Source of the DNA: Octopus sinensis
Taxonomy: Eukaryota
Length of the DNA: 64,000 bases
Assembly (NCBI RefSeq): GCF_006345805.1
Contig: NC_043014.1
Coordinates: 2,294,001-2,358,000 of the forward strand
Direction of reading: 5' to 3'
A model generated the notes under the pieces. The model was not told the origin of the DNA and made no database searches. It worked only from the letters and a program-made list of their open reading frames with translations. Made by a program: the position numbers and the translations under genes. This document shows, one piece after another, positions 10,369-23,173 of the stretch. How positions within the stretch are numbered: position 1 is the first letter of the stretch; every line of letters begins with the position of its first letter.

Positions 10369-11135
10369 ATGGTTTCCTTTCATTATAACTTTATTTCAGC
10401 TGCCTCAGTACTGGGCACCCTCCAGAGGTCAACAGTAGCAAGGGGCACTTTTGTTTTGTTATGCATGCTAAAATTATCACCACATTTATTCCATTTTAAA
10501 TAGAAAGTACTTTCTGTAGTATTATGGGCTGTACCTATCTTTTGTAGTTCACGGAGATCGATGTTACCAGGGAGTTGGTTAATATACTTCTCAGTTCCCT
10601 TCATTATCATTCCCAACGTACCAATTACCACTGGTGCTATTGTAGTACTAAGCTTCCACATTTTTGTGATTTGCAAACCCAAACGACTGGCAAATATAGC
10701 CGACCGTTTGGGTTTTAATGGGAGTTTTTGTCAGAGGATTTCAATCTGTGTATCCTTTGTTTTCTCATGTTTAGCAATTACTTTTATTAGTTTGTTAGGT
10801 TTGTTCTTAGCAAAGTCTTCCCTTTGCTTGCTTCAAGTAGAAAAGATATATCTGCTCTTAGCTGGATTATTTGCCACTTTATTCTTTCCATCTATGCAGG
10901 CTATTTCTGTACATTGCACTTTTTCATTCTCCATCACCGCATTTCTGAGTTGCGACACAAGCAGCTGAGTAAATAAGTTGATCAATCAATCCGATGGCAT
11001 CTTCTCTTCTATTCTCATGGAGTCGTCTATCAGCTTTCCAAGTGCTTGATCGACATTTTTGTTTACTTGTCCGGGATCTTTTCTGTTTGGCCGCCAGCAT
11101 CAATTCTGTTCGAATTGATTTCACATTCAGTGTAA
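10368..11135 (-). mobile_element. R4/Dong-like RLE-LINE remnant
   Basis: KMWKLSTTIAPVVIGTLG...LRELQK..GTAH C-terminal motif, degraded upstream ORF, (TAA)n tail. Confidence 0.65.
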
Positions 11136-11208
11136 TGATACACTTTTAGAGGCTAATTAATGCCGTAAAAATAATTGTCGCTATAAATCAATAAAGAATT
11201 ATTAGTAA

Positions 11209-11638
11209 CTAGCAGCATAGTCCGGCGTTGCCCGGGTATGTAAGAGCCCCTAGTAGGCAACGACTAATCCCAATCTAGTTCTTTCCCTCTAAGCAACGAA
11301 GGCACATGTGTAGGTTGCAATGTCTTCTCTTCACTCGAATACTTCTATGTAAACGATGTTCCTAGCTGTCTCCCGATTGCAAGTTGCGAAAACTACAACA
11401 GAAAATGTGTTGCATATAAAAAGCTTAGATTCTCGACCCCATGTCGAATTTATCAATTATTTTCAGAACTGGGGGAACTTTTCAAAATTTTCGCTGCGTT
11501 AGTTTTGAATTATGACATTGGGCTATGTGTGTGTCAAGTTTCATCAGAATCGGTTGAAAGCCGTGGTCAGGGTGAGGGTACAACCTGACAGCCACACAGA
11601 CACACAGACAGACAAACTGCCGTTTATATATAGAGAGA
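11209..11638 (-). mobile_element. Non-autonomous Helitron
   Basis: 5' TC, subterminal hairpin CCCGGGCAACGCCGG, 3' CTAG, inserted between A and T. Confidence 0.8.
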
Positions 11639-12374
11639 TTAAAGTTTGAAAAGTTTGGTAATTTTAGCCGATTGTAAGCCACAGACACATTCAGGTCTGT
11701 TTCGATAGTGACAAGAACTCTTTTGCCTGTTGCCATAGTAACAGTATTTGAAAAGTCTGCGAGGAAGCACGTGTTGACAGCAGTCAACCGAGGAAGGGTC
11801 CTACCTGAGCAGCGAGTTATAGGAGTGTGTCGCGCGACCAGACAGGTTTTTCTGTATGCATATTTAAATAGTTTGTTTGTTTCTTAAACATTCAGGTAGT
11901 TGTGAGGTATGCTAAAAATAACAGCTAAATAAGATTTGGGGGATAAATCTTTTAGATTAAAGTTTATTTCCCAACAACTCACTCGGAAATTTAAATCTGT
12001 TTCTCTCTTTTAAATCATCATAAACATTTATTTACTTGAAAGAAAATTACCGGAGACCATAACACGTGTTGTTTACAAATATTCACGACAAGTGATATTT
12101 TCAAGATGCTGCCAAAATGTGCAGTCACGCACAAAATGACAGCTTACAAATCCTGTTTCCTGATTGGGTGAAAACGATCAAACTTTAAACCTCTATAGCT
12201 TTTTAAAAACATTTTTCTGGTAAAAAATAAAATAACTCCAGCAATTCAGTCTGGGCAAGTGTATTACTGTGCCAAATTTTAAAATTTTGAGTAAACTTTA
12301 ATGTTTGATGATGTAGAGATTATTACTGGACTCCTAGATTTCCAATTCTTAGCGTGGGCATGGCTGGAATGTCT

Positions 12375-12868
12375 GTGATCTTAGGTCTGTTTAGTCGCGG
12401 CTCAACCTGAAGCTAAACAACATCAACAACCAAACCAACAAGCATGGCCTAGACGTTGCAGGCTTTCCTTCCCAGCTCGAACCAGCAAGACTAGACCGAG
12501 AGGACAGTAAAAGACCAGACGATTTGACAATTTCCCCGTTCCGTGGCCGTAGGCCCCTCATCTGGGATGTCACATGCTGTGACTTCTCCTGCGGAAACTG
12601 GGTGTTGTCAGCTACCAGCCCAGGCTCTGCTGCTGATCAGGCTGAGAAAAACAAACAGTTAAGGTATCGGTCGCTGTCCGACAGGTTTATGGTCGAGCCT
12701 GTGGTAGTGGAGGCCCCCGAGCCATATGCCAGGGTCGCGAAGGCTGTCCGCAAGCGCAAGCTTCGCGAGTCAGAGCGGCTATTCCAGCGTATCTCCATTG
12801 CTGACCTCCAGGGCAAAACCTTTTCCCTTCCGTCTTCTGAAGCCATGAGAAATGTTTCTATATTGTGA
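12375..12868 (+). mobile_element. CRE-like non-LTR retrotransposon RLE-domain remnant
   Basis: EPARLDREDSKRPDDLTISPFRGRRPLIWDVTC...GSAADQAEKNK..Y...VEPVVVE: PD-(D/E)xK endonuclease pattern typical of CRE-clade elements. Confidence 0.65.
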
Positions 12869-12959
12869 GGGGCAAGATTTTTCAAAACTATTTCAAGTAA
12901 ATCCTGTGTTTTTCATTTTTAAAAGAAATCAAATACAAACAACGCCACGGCCACCACCT

Positions 12960-14090
12960 CCGAAAACAACAGATGAGCATTACCAATGGAAACGCCGTCA
13001 CAACAACCACAACAACAGCACCACCACTACCACCACCAACATCACCACCACCACTACCACCACCACTACCAGTATTACCATCACCACCACCATCACTACC
13101 ACCACTACCACCTCCACCACTACCACCACTACCACCACTACCAGTATCGCCATCACCACCACCACTACCAGTATCGCCATCACCACCACCACTACCAGTA
13201 TTACCATCACCACCACCATCACTACCATCACTACCACCACTACCACCTCCACCACTACCACCACCACCACCACCACCACTACCACCACCACCACCACCAC
13301 CACTACCAGTATCGCCATCACCACCACCACTACCAGTATTACCATCACCACCACCATCACTACCATCACTACCACCACTACCACCTCCACCACTACCACC
13401 ACCACCACCACCACCACTACCACCACCACCACTACACCACTACCACCTCCACCACTACCACCACTACCACCACTACCAGTATCGCCATCACCACCACCAC
13501 TACCAGTATCGCCATCACCACCACCACTACCAGTATTACCATCACCACCACCATCACTACCATCACTACCACCACTACCACCTCCACCACTACCACCACC
13601 ACCACACCACCACTACCACCACCAACATCACCACCACCACTACCAGTATCGCCATCACCACCACCACTACCAGTATTACCATCACCACCACCATCACTAC
13701 CATCACTACCACCACTACCACCTCCACCACTACCACCACCACCACCACCACCACTACCACCACCACCACTACCACCACTACCAGTATCGCCATCACCACC
13801 ACCGCTACCACCACCACTACTACCACTACCAGTATTACCATCACCACCACCATCACTACCATCACTACCACCACTACCACCTCCACCACTACCACCACCA
13901 CCACTACCACCACTACCAGTATCGGCATCACCACCACCGCTACCACCACCACTACTACCACTACCAGTATTACCATCACCACCACCATCACTACCATCAC
14001 TACCACCACTACCACCACCACCACTACCACCACTACCAGTATCGCCATCACCACCACCACTACCACTATTATCACCACCAAAACTATGAA
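12960..14090. repeat. ACC/ACT/ATC-derived higher-order minisatellite
   Basis: Recurrent CAGTATCGCCATCACC / CAGTATTACCATCACC blocks; long ORFs on both strands and in all three plus-strand frames. Confidence 0.9.
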
Positions 14091-14317
14091 CAGTAATTGT
14101 AACAATGCAACATACAACCACAACAGGAAGAGGAAGATCCCCCAACATAAAAAACATACACATCCTGGACTGTGGCTCACAGGGCCGCATGCAACCCTCA
14201 AGTATCCTTCTGGCAGCCCGGCGGCCCTCCACGGTCTTCAATCCAAGCACCCATTAACACACACACACACACACACAGAAATACAAATATTATTGCACTT
14301 CAACAACAAAGTGGGAC

Positions 14318-14590
14318 TCCGTCGGTTATGGCGATGAGTGTTCCAGTTGATCAGATCAACGGAACAGCCTGCTGGGGATATTAACAAACAAGTGGCTGAG
14401 GGGGGTGGGTCGGCGTGATGCAGAAAAAGACAAGGCTGGCCCTTTGAAATACAGGTATCGCTCATTTTTTCTAGCTGAGTGGACTGGAGCAACTTGAAAT
14501 AAAGTATCTTGCTCAAGGACACAACATGCCGCTGGGAATCGAACCCACGGCCTTGCAATCGTGAGCCAAATAACCCGAACCACTTAGGCA
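14318..14590 (-). mobile_element. SINE family B variant, degraded
   Basis: Reverse complement of GGTTCGATTCCCAGCGGC..CTTGAGCAAG..CAAAGGGCCAGCCTTGTC. Confidence 0.6.
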
Positions 14591-14763
14591 TGTGTCTTTA
14601 TTCCAACAAGAAAAACCCTTTAGCACAACAATCAACATCACTACGACTACACCACCACCACCACCACCACCACCACCACCACCACCACTACCGCTACTCC
14701 TACTACCAGCAACAACAGCAGCAACAACAACAAGGAGTATTTGTGGGAAAGTGCTGTACTTAC

Positions 14764-14898
14764 CATTTGTTAATGATAACGGCTGACATACAGATCGGCA
14801 TGTCCAAGACAAACGGCAGGAAGATATCAAAATGGTGGTCTCCGGTCAGACTCTCCACTTTGTGCAGTAAATTACAATAAACAAAACAACCAACAAAC
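14764..14898 (-). CDS. SLC22-like transporter exon (TM7-TM8)
   Basis: Polypyrimidine-CAG acceptor, GTAAGT donor, phase 2-2; (W)FVGCFVYCNLLHKVESLTGDHHFDIFLPFVLDMPICMSAVIINK. Confidence 0.75.
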
Positions 14899-14939
14899 CT
14901 GAAACAAAAGAAAGAAAAACAGACGATAATAATAATGGG

Positions 14940-15095
14940 ATGCTTTTTGGTTACCTCACCCCCATTTTTTTAAAATGCCATTAAAAACTAGGTTATCTCC
15001 CCACTAAAAAATCGAGCGACAAGAGATAGGATTAACAAAGTTAGATTCTTTTAATTCAATACTTCAACACGTTGTTGACTTTTGGCCTCCTTAAT
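14940..15095. mobile_element. Truncated copy of the MITE at 62386-62681
   Basis: Matches the reverse complement of 62540-62681. Confidence 0.55.
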
Positions 15096-15268
15096 ATGAA
15101 TGTTAAGATTTGTTATAAAAATGTTATGAGATCCAATAAGATGTTTAATGCTTTTCAGTTTTCATTTGTTATAAAAATATCAACAATTGTAACAATACAA
15201 CATACAACCACAACAGGAACAGGGAGACCCCCACCCAACATACACAAACAAACATACACACCCTGGAG

Positions 15269-15468
15269 CAGCGGTTCTCAACTGTGACTCACAGGGCCGC
15301 ATGCAACCCTCAAGCATCCTTCTGGCGGCCCTCGACGGTCTTCCATCCATAAATATAACTTTTCCTGTAATTGTTTTGTGATTTACTTCCTTTGGTGCGG
15401 CCCACTTCAAAAAAAAAATCAGGTTTTCGATCTGGCCCCCCGGATATTGAAAAGGTTGAGAGCCACTG
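15269..15468. mobile_element. hAT-type MITE
   Basis: TIRs CAGCGGTTCTCAAC / GTTGAGAGCCACTG; perfect 8-bp TSD CCCTGGAG (15261-15268, 15469-15476). Confidence 0.9.
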
Positions 15469-15501
15469 CCCTGGAGACAAACATGCACAAGCACCCAATA
15501 A

Positions 15502-15540
<39 letters not shown>

Positions 15541-15588
15541 ACACACATACACACATACACACACACACCACACACACATACACACACA

Positions 15589-15639
<51 letters not shown>

Positions 15640-15691
15640 ACACATACACACACATACACACACACATACACACACACACCATACATACACA

Positions 15692-15753
<62 letters not shown>

Positions 15754-15863
15754 AATACAAACGCTAACGACAGCAACGTCGGTGGAGGCCCAGTGGTTAT
15801 GGCAGCGGACTCGCGGTCGTAAGAATGATTCGTCTAAAAAAAGAAAACAAACCAATCACTCAC

Positions 15864-16097
15864 CACGTGTATAAAACGGCAGATGTAGATTTGGTCACAG
15901 TGACTGTGTGGAAGAGATCCAGATAAGTATGACGACGAGGGTGGGAGATACTCATCACGTAAATACGGGTGTCATCGCACAATTCGAGAACATTCGGTAC
16001 AGCTCTTGTGTTACAGGATATCATTTCTTTGATGCTGTTTTCAGCTTTTTGAAAATGTTGTAGACTGGTCAACCAACGAGAACTTTCTGGAACCAAA
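15864..16097 (-). CDS. SLC22-like transporter exon (PESxRWL loop)
   Basis: TTCCTCTCCAG acceptor, GTGAGT donor, phase 2-2; LVPESSRWL...AENSIKEMISCN...TYLDLF...LYTW. Confidence 0.85.
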
Positions 16098-16289
16098 CTG
16101 GAGAGGAAATAAGGAACGCTTTATATTACACTAGCAGTGATACCCGTCGTTGATCTGGCAATTACTTATACTCTTTCTCGAGAGCCACATTCATAGTGTT
16201 GTTATATAGAGAGAGAGTTACTCCTCCTGTGTGTGAGTATTTTATACGAAAAAAAACATATAATCATTGAAGTAGAAAAAACCCAATTT

Positions 16290-16577
16290 CATACACGAAT
16301 GATGATGATGAGGAGGAGGAGGAGGAGGAAGAGGAGGAAAAAGAGGAGGCAGAAGAGGAGGATCAGAATGATGATGATGATGATGGTGGTGATGATGATG
16401 ATGTTGATGATGATGGTGATGATGGTGATGATGGTGATGATGATGATGAGATATGATGATGATGGTGATGATGATGATGATGATATGATGATGATGATGG
16501 TGATGATGATGATGGTGATGATGGTGATGATGATGATGATATGATGATGATGGTGATGATGATGGTGCTGATGGTGT

Positions 16578-16612
<35 letters not shown>

Positions 16613-16628
16613 GTGGTGATGATGAGGG

Positions 16629-16682
<54 letters not shown>

Positions 16683-16715
16683 CAATAATAATGATGATGA
16701 TGATGATGATGATGA
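16290..16715. repeat. (GAT)/(GAG) trinucleotide microsatellite
   Basis: Direct inspection. Confidence 0.95.
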
Positions 16716-16760
16716 AAGAAAGAACGAACGAAGGAAAGAAAATGTTAGGCGAAGGCTTAC

Positions 16761-16953
16761 AAGTAGAGTCCTAGAAACGGCAGTCCCACCAAGCCATTGG
16801 TGAGGGCAATGTTCCGCCATCCGTTCACAATGGCAGCCTCGAATGAAATGATTGGTAATCCGAGAGCCCAAATCCACAAACACACACAAAAATCTCTCCA
16901 TCGTCGACCTACAACCTCCAGAGGTAACACAATGCTGATTACAAGAAAACCAC
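16761..16953 (-). CDS. SLC22-like transporter exon (TM4-TM6)
   Basis: TTTCCAG acceptor, GTAAGC donor, phase 1-2; GFLVISIVLPLEVVGRRWR...GWRNIALTNGLVGLPFLGLY. Confidence 0.85.
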
Positions 16954-17132
16954 CTGGAAATATAAGAAAGAATCGGTTGAGTGGAGGCAAAATAGTTCTA
17001 TTACTGTTCTATGTGGTTTAATATGGAATTTTTTTTTTTTTTAGGCGAGACTTTTAAAAATTGAAAAGGAAGCAAACAAAATGTCGCATTTAATTAGATT
17101 AACGCCTTGGAACTGTGAAAACGCTTTAACGA

Positions 17133-17650
17133 ATAGTTAGTTAGTTAGTTAGTTAATTTTTTGGCTCAAAAAGCAAAAAGCAAGGCCATGTAGGGGGACA
17201 TGGAGTTATGTACAGGGTGGTGTTCAGGAAAAGAGTTCAGGCCACTTGTGGTCAAGGGAGACTTTGAACCGAGCGGTTGTCGGCATCTTCACTATCTCGT
17301 CCGGCAGTTTATTCCCCGGATCCGCAACCCGGACGGAGAAAGCCCCTCTCCTTCGATTGAGATGAAATCGTCGCAGATAGAGCTTTTCGGAGTGACCCCG
17401 CAGCCGACGTTCTGGAGCAGGAGTGAAGAACAGCTCTTTCGAGAGGTTACACTTTCCGCTTATGATGTTGTGAGCAAGAATGAGATCACCACGGCATCGT
17501 CGTTTTTCTAGAGAATAAAGGTCGAGCGTCTTCAGCCTTTCTTCATAAGACAAATGCTTGAGACCAAGAACCATGCGGGTAGCCAGCTTCTGGACTCTTT
17601 TGAGGAAAATTTCGTTTGATTGTAATCCACCTGGAAGATGACAAAGCCTC
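17133..17650 (-). mobile_element. CR1-type LINE 3' end
   Basis: RVQKLATRMVLGLKHLSYEERLKTLDLYSLEKRRCRGDLI...RGHSEKL...FSVRV; (CTAA)n tail. Confidence 0.85.
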
Positions 17651-18084
17651 ATGGTTTTGTGTTTACGGCTAAAAATAATGAGGTTTAGGCTAATTGTTAA
17701 ACACAAAAGCATGTGGCCGTGTAACCACCGGCTTTTGCACCCGCTAAAGTATATTCGCAGGTTTAAAAAGTTAAGATGCGCTTGTAGAAGGGAAAATGAA
17801 ACATATGCACAGATTAATTCTTTTTGTTTTTGTTCATTAATCGGCAGAGGGGTAGCTGTGTGGTTAAAAAGCTTACTTTTGAACCCTATGGTCTTGGGTT
17901 CAATCCCACTGCGTGATGCCACGTTGGCCGAGTGTTTTATACTATAGCTTTGGGCCGACCAAAACCTTTTGAGTAGATTTGGCAGAAGAAAACTGTGGCT
18001 TTAAATAAGCATACTCCCTAGAATTGGCGGTTATCTAGTGACGGTCAGCAGCTAAACCCAGAATTTAGGGATACTTTTCCACAG

Positions 18085-18315
18085 TGTCAGAACTTGATTG
18101 ACGAAGCCCTTGGCAAGGGATGGCACGCGGCCTGACTCCCTACTGTTGCTGCTTTCCCGCTAGATCGATGTTCTATTTCCTGCAGAAGATTGATCTGGAA
18201 CCCAAATTACTGAGAAGAGCCACCAAGGAGAAAATCACGGTAACTGAAACCAGCTCAAGGTGGTTTCCACGGATGAGAGGCCGCAAGTGGAACCCTTTCG
18301 CAGGCGAAAACTAAT
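18085..18315 (+). mobile_element. HERO-like RLE-LINE C-terminal remnant
   Basis: CQNLIDEALGKGW and, after frameshift, RRATKE...ETSSRWF.RMRG.KW, matching the C-terminal motif pattern of HERO-type elements. Confidence 0.5.
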
Positions 18316-19422
18316 TTAGTCCTTTCTGCCCTAGTCAGACGAAGAATACGAGTGAAGAGGCGAAACGCTTGTGACATGAGGTACCTGATGAGAGTAAGGA
18401 ACGGTTTCCAACATTACGATGGCTTTAGAAGGGCTGGCAATACTTCTGAGTAACAACTGCGGTTTTCGTGTGGAGCAAGGCATCTCTGATGTTCATATCA
18501 CCAGATACTCATTCACGTAAGAATTGGCGGTTGTTTAGTGACGATCTATAACTGAACTTAGTGCCAGAAGTACTCATCCCACTATCTTTAGATAAACATA
18601 CTTCCTAGAATTAATGGTTATTTAGTGACAGTCTACAGCTAAACGTAAGATCTCAGATACTTTTTCACTGCCACACCATTAAACACACACACACACACAT
18701 ACACCATTGAACCGTTTATACAACAACAACAAGACCAATATTTCGTTGCTCTTGTCATTTCAGGTCAATTCTGTTTTTTAGTTTCTTTTTCCTGAACATT
18801 ATTTAAGGGCAATTCTGTTTTTTAGTTCCCTTTTATGCTAAAATAATAGGTTAATGCTGCCGTGTTATATATATCCTGTCTTGATACCAAAAGCTATAGC
18901 GAACTCTGGAGAAAGTCCGATTTCCTGTTAAGGTCTTCTCTTCAGAATACTTCTACTCGCAACCCTTCGTCGCTAACCATCCCCACATACTTTTTTTCTC
19001 TCTCCACAACAGTATCTTCCGTATCGATATCGATCTTACTTTAATCCACGAATGGCATATTGTTCGTTTTCGTTTTATATTTTGCATTAAATCTTTTATT
19101 TGATTCCATTTCTTTTTATCTCTTCACTAAGCCATACTTAAAGATGAAACTGCTTTCACAGAAGAACTGTAAAATGACCTACAACCAGCTCTGTTCTATT
19201 CTGTCGTCCTCTTAAACACAACCTCCGTCTGTTAGTATTCAAAATACACACATACGTGTGCATATATATATATATATATGCACACATAATACACTCACGT
19301 ATGTATATATATATATACATACACGTATGTATATATAAATTAAATATAATATATATATATATATATACATACATATATGTATATATAGAATATACATATA
19401 CATACACGTATTTGTATATGTA

Positions 19423-19472
<50 letters not shown>

Positions 19473-19603
19473 ATACATAATACATTCACGTATGTATATA
19501 TATATACATCACGTATGTATATATAAATTAAAATAAATATATATGTACATACATATATGTATATATATATATATATATATACAATACATATACTACACGT
19601 ATT

Positions 19604-19664
<61 letters not shown>

Positions 19665-20158
19665 TCTTCACGGTCTACACTCTAGTGGGGTGGGTTGCTA
19701 AAGAGGTTTCTGTGTGGACGTATGATGTCAGTCAAAGATCAAATTGGAAAAAATTGTTTAGATAGGGAGAATCTTACTAGCATCAGAGATTTAGTGGATA
19801 AGAGGGGGAGGGTGCGTGAATTAATGAGAGAGATTTGGGAATGGTAACATATTTAACAAAGACAAGAATGCAAAGCAAAAAGATAAATAAATTTCAATGT
19901 AAGAACGTGACTTTATTCTATTTCAATAAGAAGAGCTTCATTTAGATCGATAAATCAATGTTGTATGATCTTTGACTTCCTTGATTTGAACTTAGTTTGG
20001 TGTCGTTCGATCCGAACTTAGCTTCGATCTCTATTTGTATTTATCTTTCTGAAATTTCTTTGTTTATTAAAAAATATGAATAATCGAATTACGTGATGAA
20101 TATTTAACAAGATAAAAGATGCTTGTTTGCTTTTTTAATGCTGGGTTAATTGTGTTTC

Positions 20159-20160
<2 letters not shown>

Positions 20161-20246
<86 letters not shown>

Positions 20247-20253
20247 TAGATAA

Positions 20254-20310
<57 letters not shown>

Positions 20311-20317
20311 TAGATAA

Positions 20318-20356
<39 letters not shown>

Positions 20357-20357
20357 T

Positions 20358-20410
<53 letters not shown>

Positions 20411-20417
20411 TAGATAA

Positions 20418-20494
<77 letters not shown>

Positions 20495-20554
20495 TAGATA
20501 AATAGATAGATAGATAGATATATTGGTAGGTAAGTAGGTAGGTAGGTAGGTAGG

Positions 20555-20632
<78 letters not shown>
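20161..20632. repeat. (GATA)n microsatellite
   Basis: Direct inspection; continues at 21615-21990. Confidence 0.95.
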
Positions 20633-20801
20633 TGTTCTTTATTAGCCACACAGGGCTGCACACAGATAGAACAAATTACAAGGTAGAGCTTTTCTTTTGA
20701 AGGTATTAAAAAAAAAAAAAAAAAAAAAAAAGGGAAGGGGGAGGTTCGATCAAAAGGGATCGTAAAAGGAGAGAAAGAGGACAAAAATAAGGGGGGTTTT
20801 A

Positions 20802-20832
<31 letters not shown>

Positions 20833-21612
20833 AGAGGGAAAAAAAATGATCAATAGGGATCGTTATCACAGAAATGTCAATATGAAGTGTAAAGGGGAGG
20901 ACAGGTGAGGTTTACCCGTGGAAAGAAAAGCCTGCGGAAAAGACCACGGTAACCTCGGTCAATGAAGTCACATTTTATATTTCTTTTTTTTTTTTTTTTT
21001 TTTTTGCAAAAAGCAACTCTCTGTTTTCGATTCTGGGTTCATAGGACTATGCTCAAGGTGGCTTCGTCATTCATACGTGCCATTCTTGCTACATTCACCC
21101 ATCTTTTTTAAAACATTCGCTAGACAAAACTTGCCTCTCTACTCTCACTTTCCTTTTCAAGTGGTACTTGAAGAAGTTGATGAGAGATTGACCAGAGAGG
21201 AAAGTGTGTCTCCAATCCTTTCAGACGCGTCCACCAGATACATTCTTTCGCCATAGCCACAAGGATGATGAAAATAGCTCTTCCTTCCCGTTTGAAGGAA
21301 GGAGGCGTGACAATATTGACGATAGACTCAGCTGATAAACCGACTCGTCCCACACGTGACAGCAGTTGTTCGACATAAGCCCACAGGTCGGAAATTGTTG
21401 GACATGAACGAGTGCGTGCAGAACGGTTTCGTCGCTCTGACCGCATCTCGGGCAGGTCGGCCCCGTGTTTCTCGAGCCGTGTCTGTAGAGCTTATCCCGA
21501 ACGGGTAGCGCTTCTCGGTAGCACTGCCAGGCCAGGGATCTCTGGAAGTTGTCCATGGGCCCTGGCCCGAAAGTCGTCCCGAACAGGCGGGTCAGGTACT
21601 CCTCGTCGACGA
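20633..21612 (-). mobile_element. Tx1/L1-clade LINE 3' fragment embedded in (GATA)n
   Basis: zf-RVT LAWQCYREALPVRDKL...CPRCGQSDETVLHAL; T-rich 3' UTR; AATAAA then (TATC)n. Confidence 0.8.
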
Positions 21613-21629
21613 GACAGATAGATAGATAG

Positions 21630-21690
<61 letters not shown>

Positions 21691-21721
21691 TTGGTAGGTA
21701 GGTAGGTAGGTAGATAGATAG

Positions 21722-21798
<77 letters not shown>

Positions 21799-21836
21799 GA
21801 ATAGATAGGTAAGTAGGTAGGTAGTAGGTAGGTAGT

Positions 21837-21875
<39 letters not shown>

Positions 21876-21921
21876 ATATATATATAGAGGAGAGAGGAGA
21901 GAGAGAGAGAGGAGGAGATAG

Positions 21922-21987
<66 letters not shown>

Positions 21988-22007
21988 TCAACGACGCTTC
22001 ACTGCAC

Positions 22008-22236
22008 CTGAGAAAACTCCGCACAGTGTTCGAAGCGTGGCGAAGGTGAGACATGTTTTTACTGTGACCATTAATATTTGGAAGATCAGTGCCAGGGCCA
22101 TAGAGATGAACATGATAGGTCTTCGGCCAAGAATGTCTGCCAGCATCCCTCCAATTAGAGCACCGACTGCTACTCCGAGTAGTACGATCGTCAAACCATC
22201 ATCTGTAGCCATAATGTTCATACAATTCTCGTTGTA
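22008..22236 (-). CDS. SLC22-like transporter exon (TM2-TM4, MFS motif A)
   Basis: CTTATTCCAG acceptor phase 0; GALIGGMLADILGRRP; GT donor phase 1 joins exon 16953 in frame (FSG/GFL). Confidence 0.85.
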
Positions 22237-22341
22237 CTGGAATAAGATGAAGAACAGAGAAGGATAACACGTTAATATTATATACAATATATACACTCAC
22301 ACACACACACACACACACACTCCACACACACCACACAACAC

Positions 22342-22417
<76 letters not shown>

Positions 22418-22421
<4 letters not shown>

Positions 22422-22660
22422 GTGGTGGCATAATTATTGCGGCTTTTTTTTCCGCAAATTTTATTCAACAAAATCAATAATTATATGTAACGAAAACATC
22501 TCTAAATGATTATTCCGGAGCATATTCACCATCTACTTCAATTACTGCTTCCCATTTTCTTGGCACACAGGCAGACCGTCATTTAAAGATTTTTTTTTTT
22601 TTTTTGTTAAATATTGTCATTGTTTTTGTTGAATAAAATTTATTGGAAAAAAGCTGAATA
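22418..22660. mobile_element. Mariner-derived MITE / remnant
   Basis: TATTGGGTGG.. terminus, minus-strand KWEAVIEVDGEY transposase C-terminus, partial inverted repeat. Confidence 0.55.
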
Positions 22661-23040
22661 TTGCATAGCTTAATGCATGAAAGTACTAGTTTAATCAGAA
22701 TGGACATTTGATATTCTATCATTTCATTATATTATATCATATTATTATAAGATTGTTGATAAAACGTGAAAATCAAAGTTGGAATTTCTTTGAGGGCAAA
22801 GATATAGAAAAAACTTGAATAATGTTTGTCACTTGTGTTTTAAACCCTGTCAGTCAGCAGCGGGTCTTAAAAGTCACCAAAGGGCTTATCAGCAGAGTGA
22901 TTGTGATGGGCGTATGTGTTGATGGGGTGGCTATCACCTCTCAAAATTAAGTAATCATAAGTGTGTGTGTATGTGTGTATGTATACATACACACAGACAC
23001 ATATATAAGTGCTTATATATGTTTTACACACACACACACA

Positions 23041-23136
23041 CCTTGGGCAAGTGTCTTCTACGATAGCCTCGGGCTGACCAAAGCCTTGTGAGTGGATTTG
23101 GTAGACGGAAACTGAAAGAGGCCCGTCGTATATATG

Positions 23137-23173
<37 letters not shown>

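Noticed and set aside
11690-11870. Missing GRR-containing SLC22 exon
   Set aside because: Phase gives a stop on the minus strand; the open plus-strand frame has no recognisable similarity.
12852-14337. Long ORFs (367-454 aa) as extensin/mucin/histidine-rich genes
   Set aside because: Long ORFs on both strands and in all three plus-strand frames arise because ACC-type triplets lack stops; no splice or start context; frames swap at indels.
18870-19060. Minus-strand acidic ORF as terminal exon
   Set aside because: Falls within an SLC22 intron, lacks an acceptor and has no homology.
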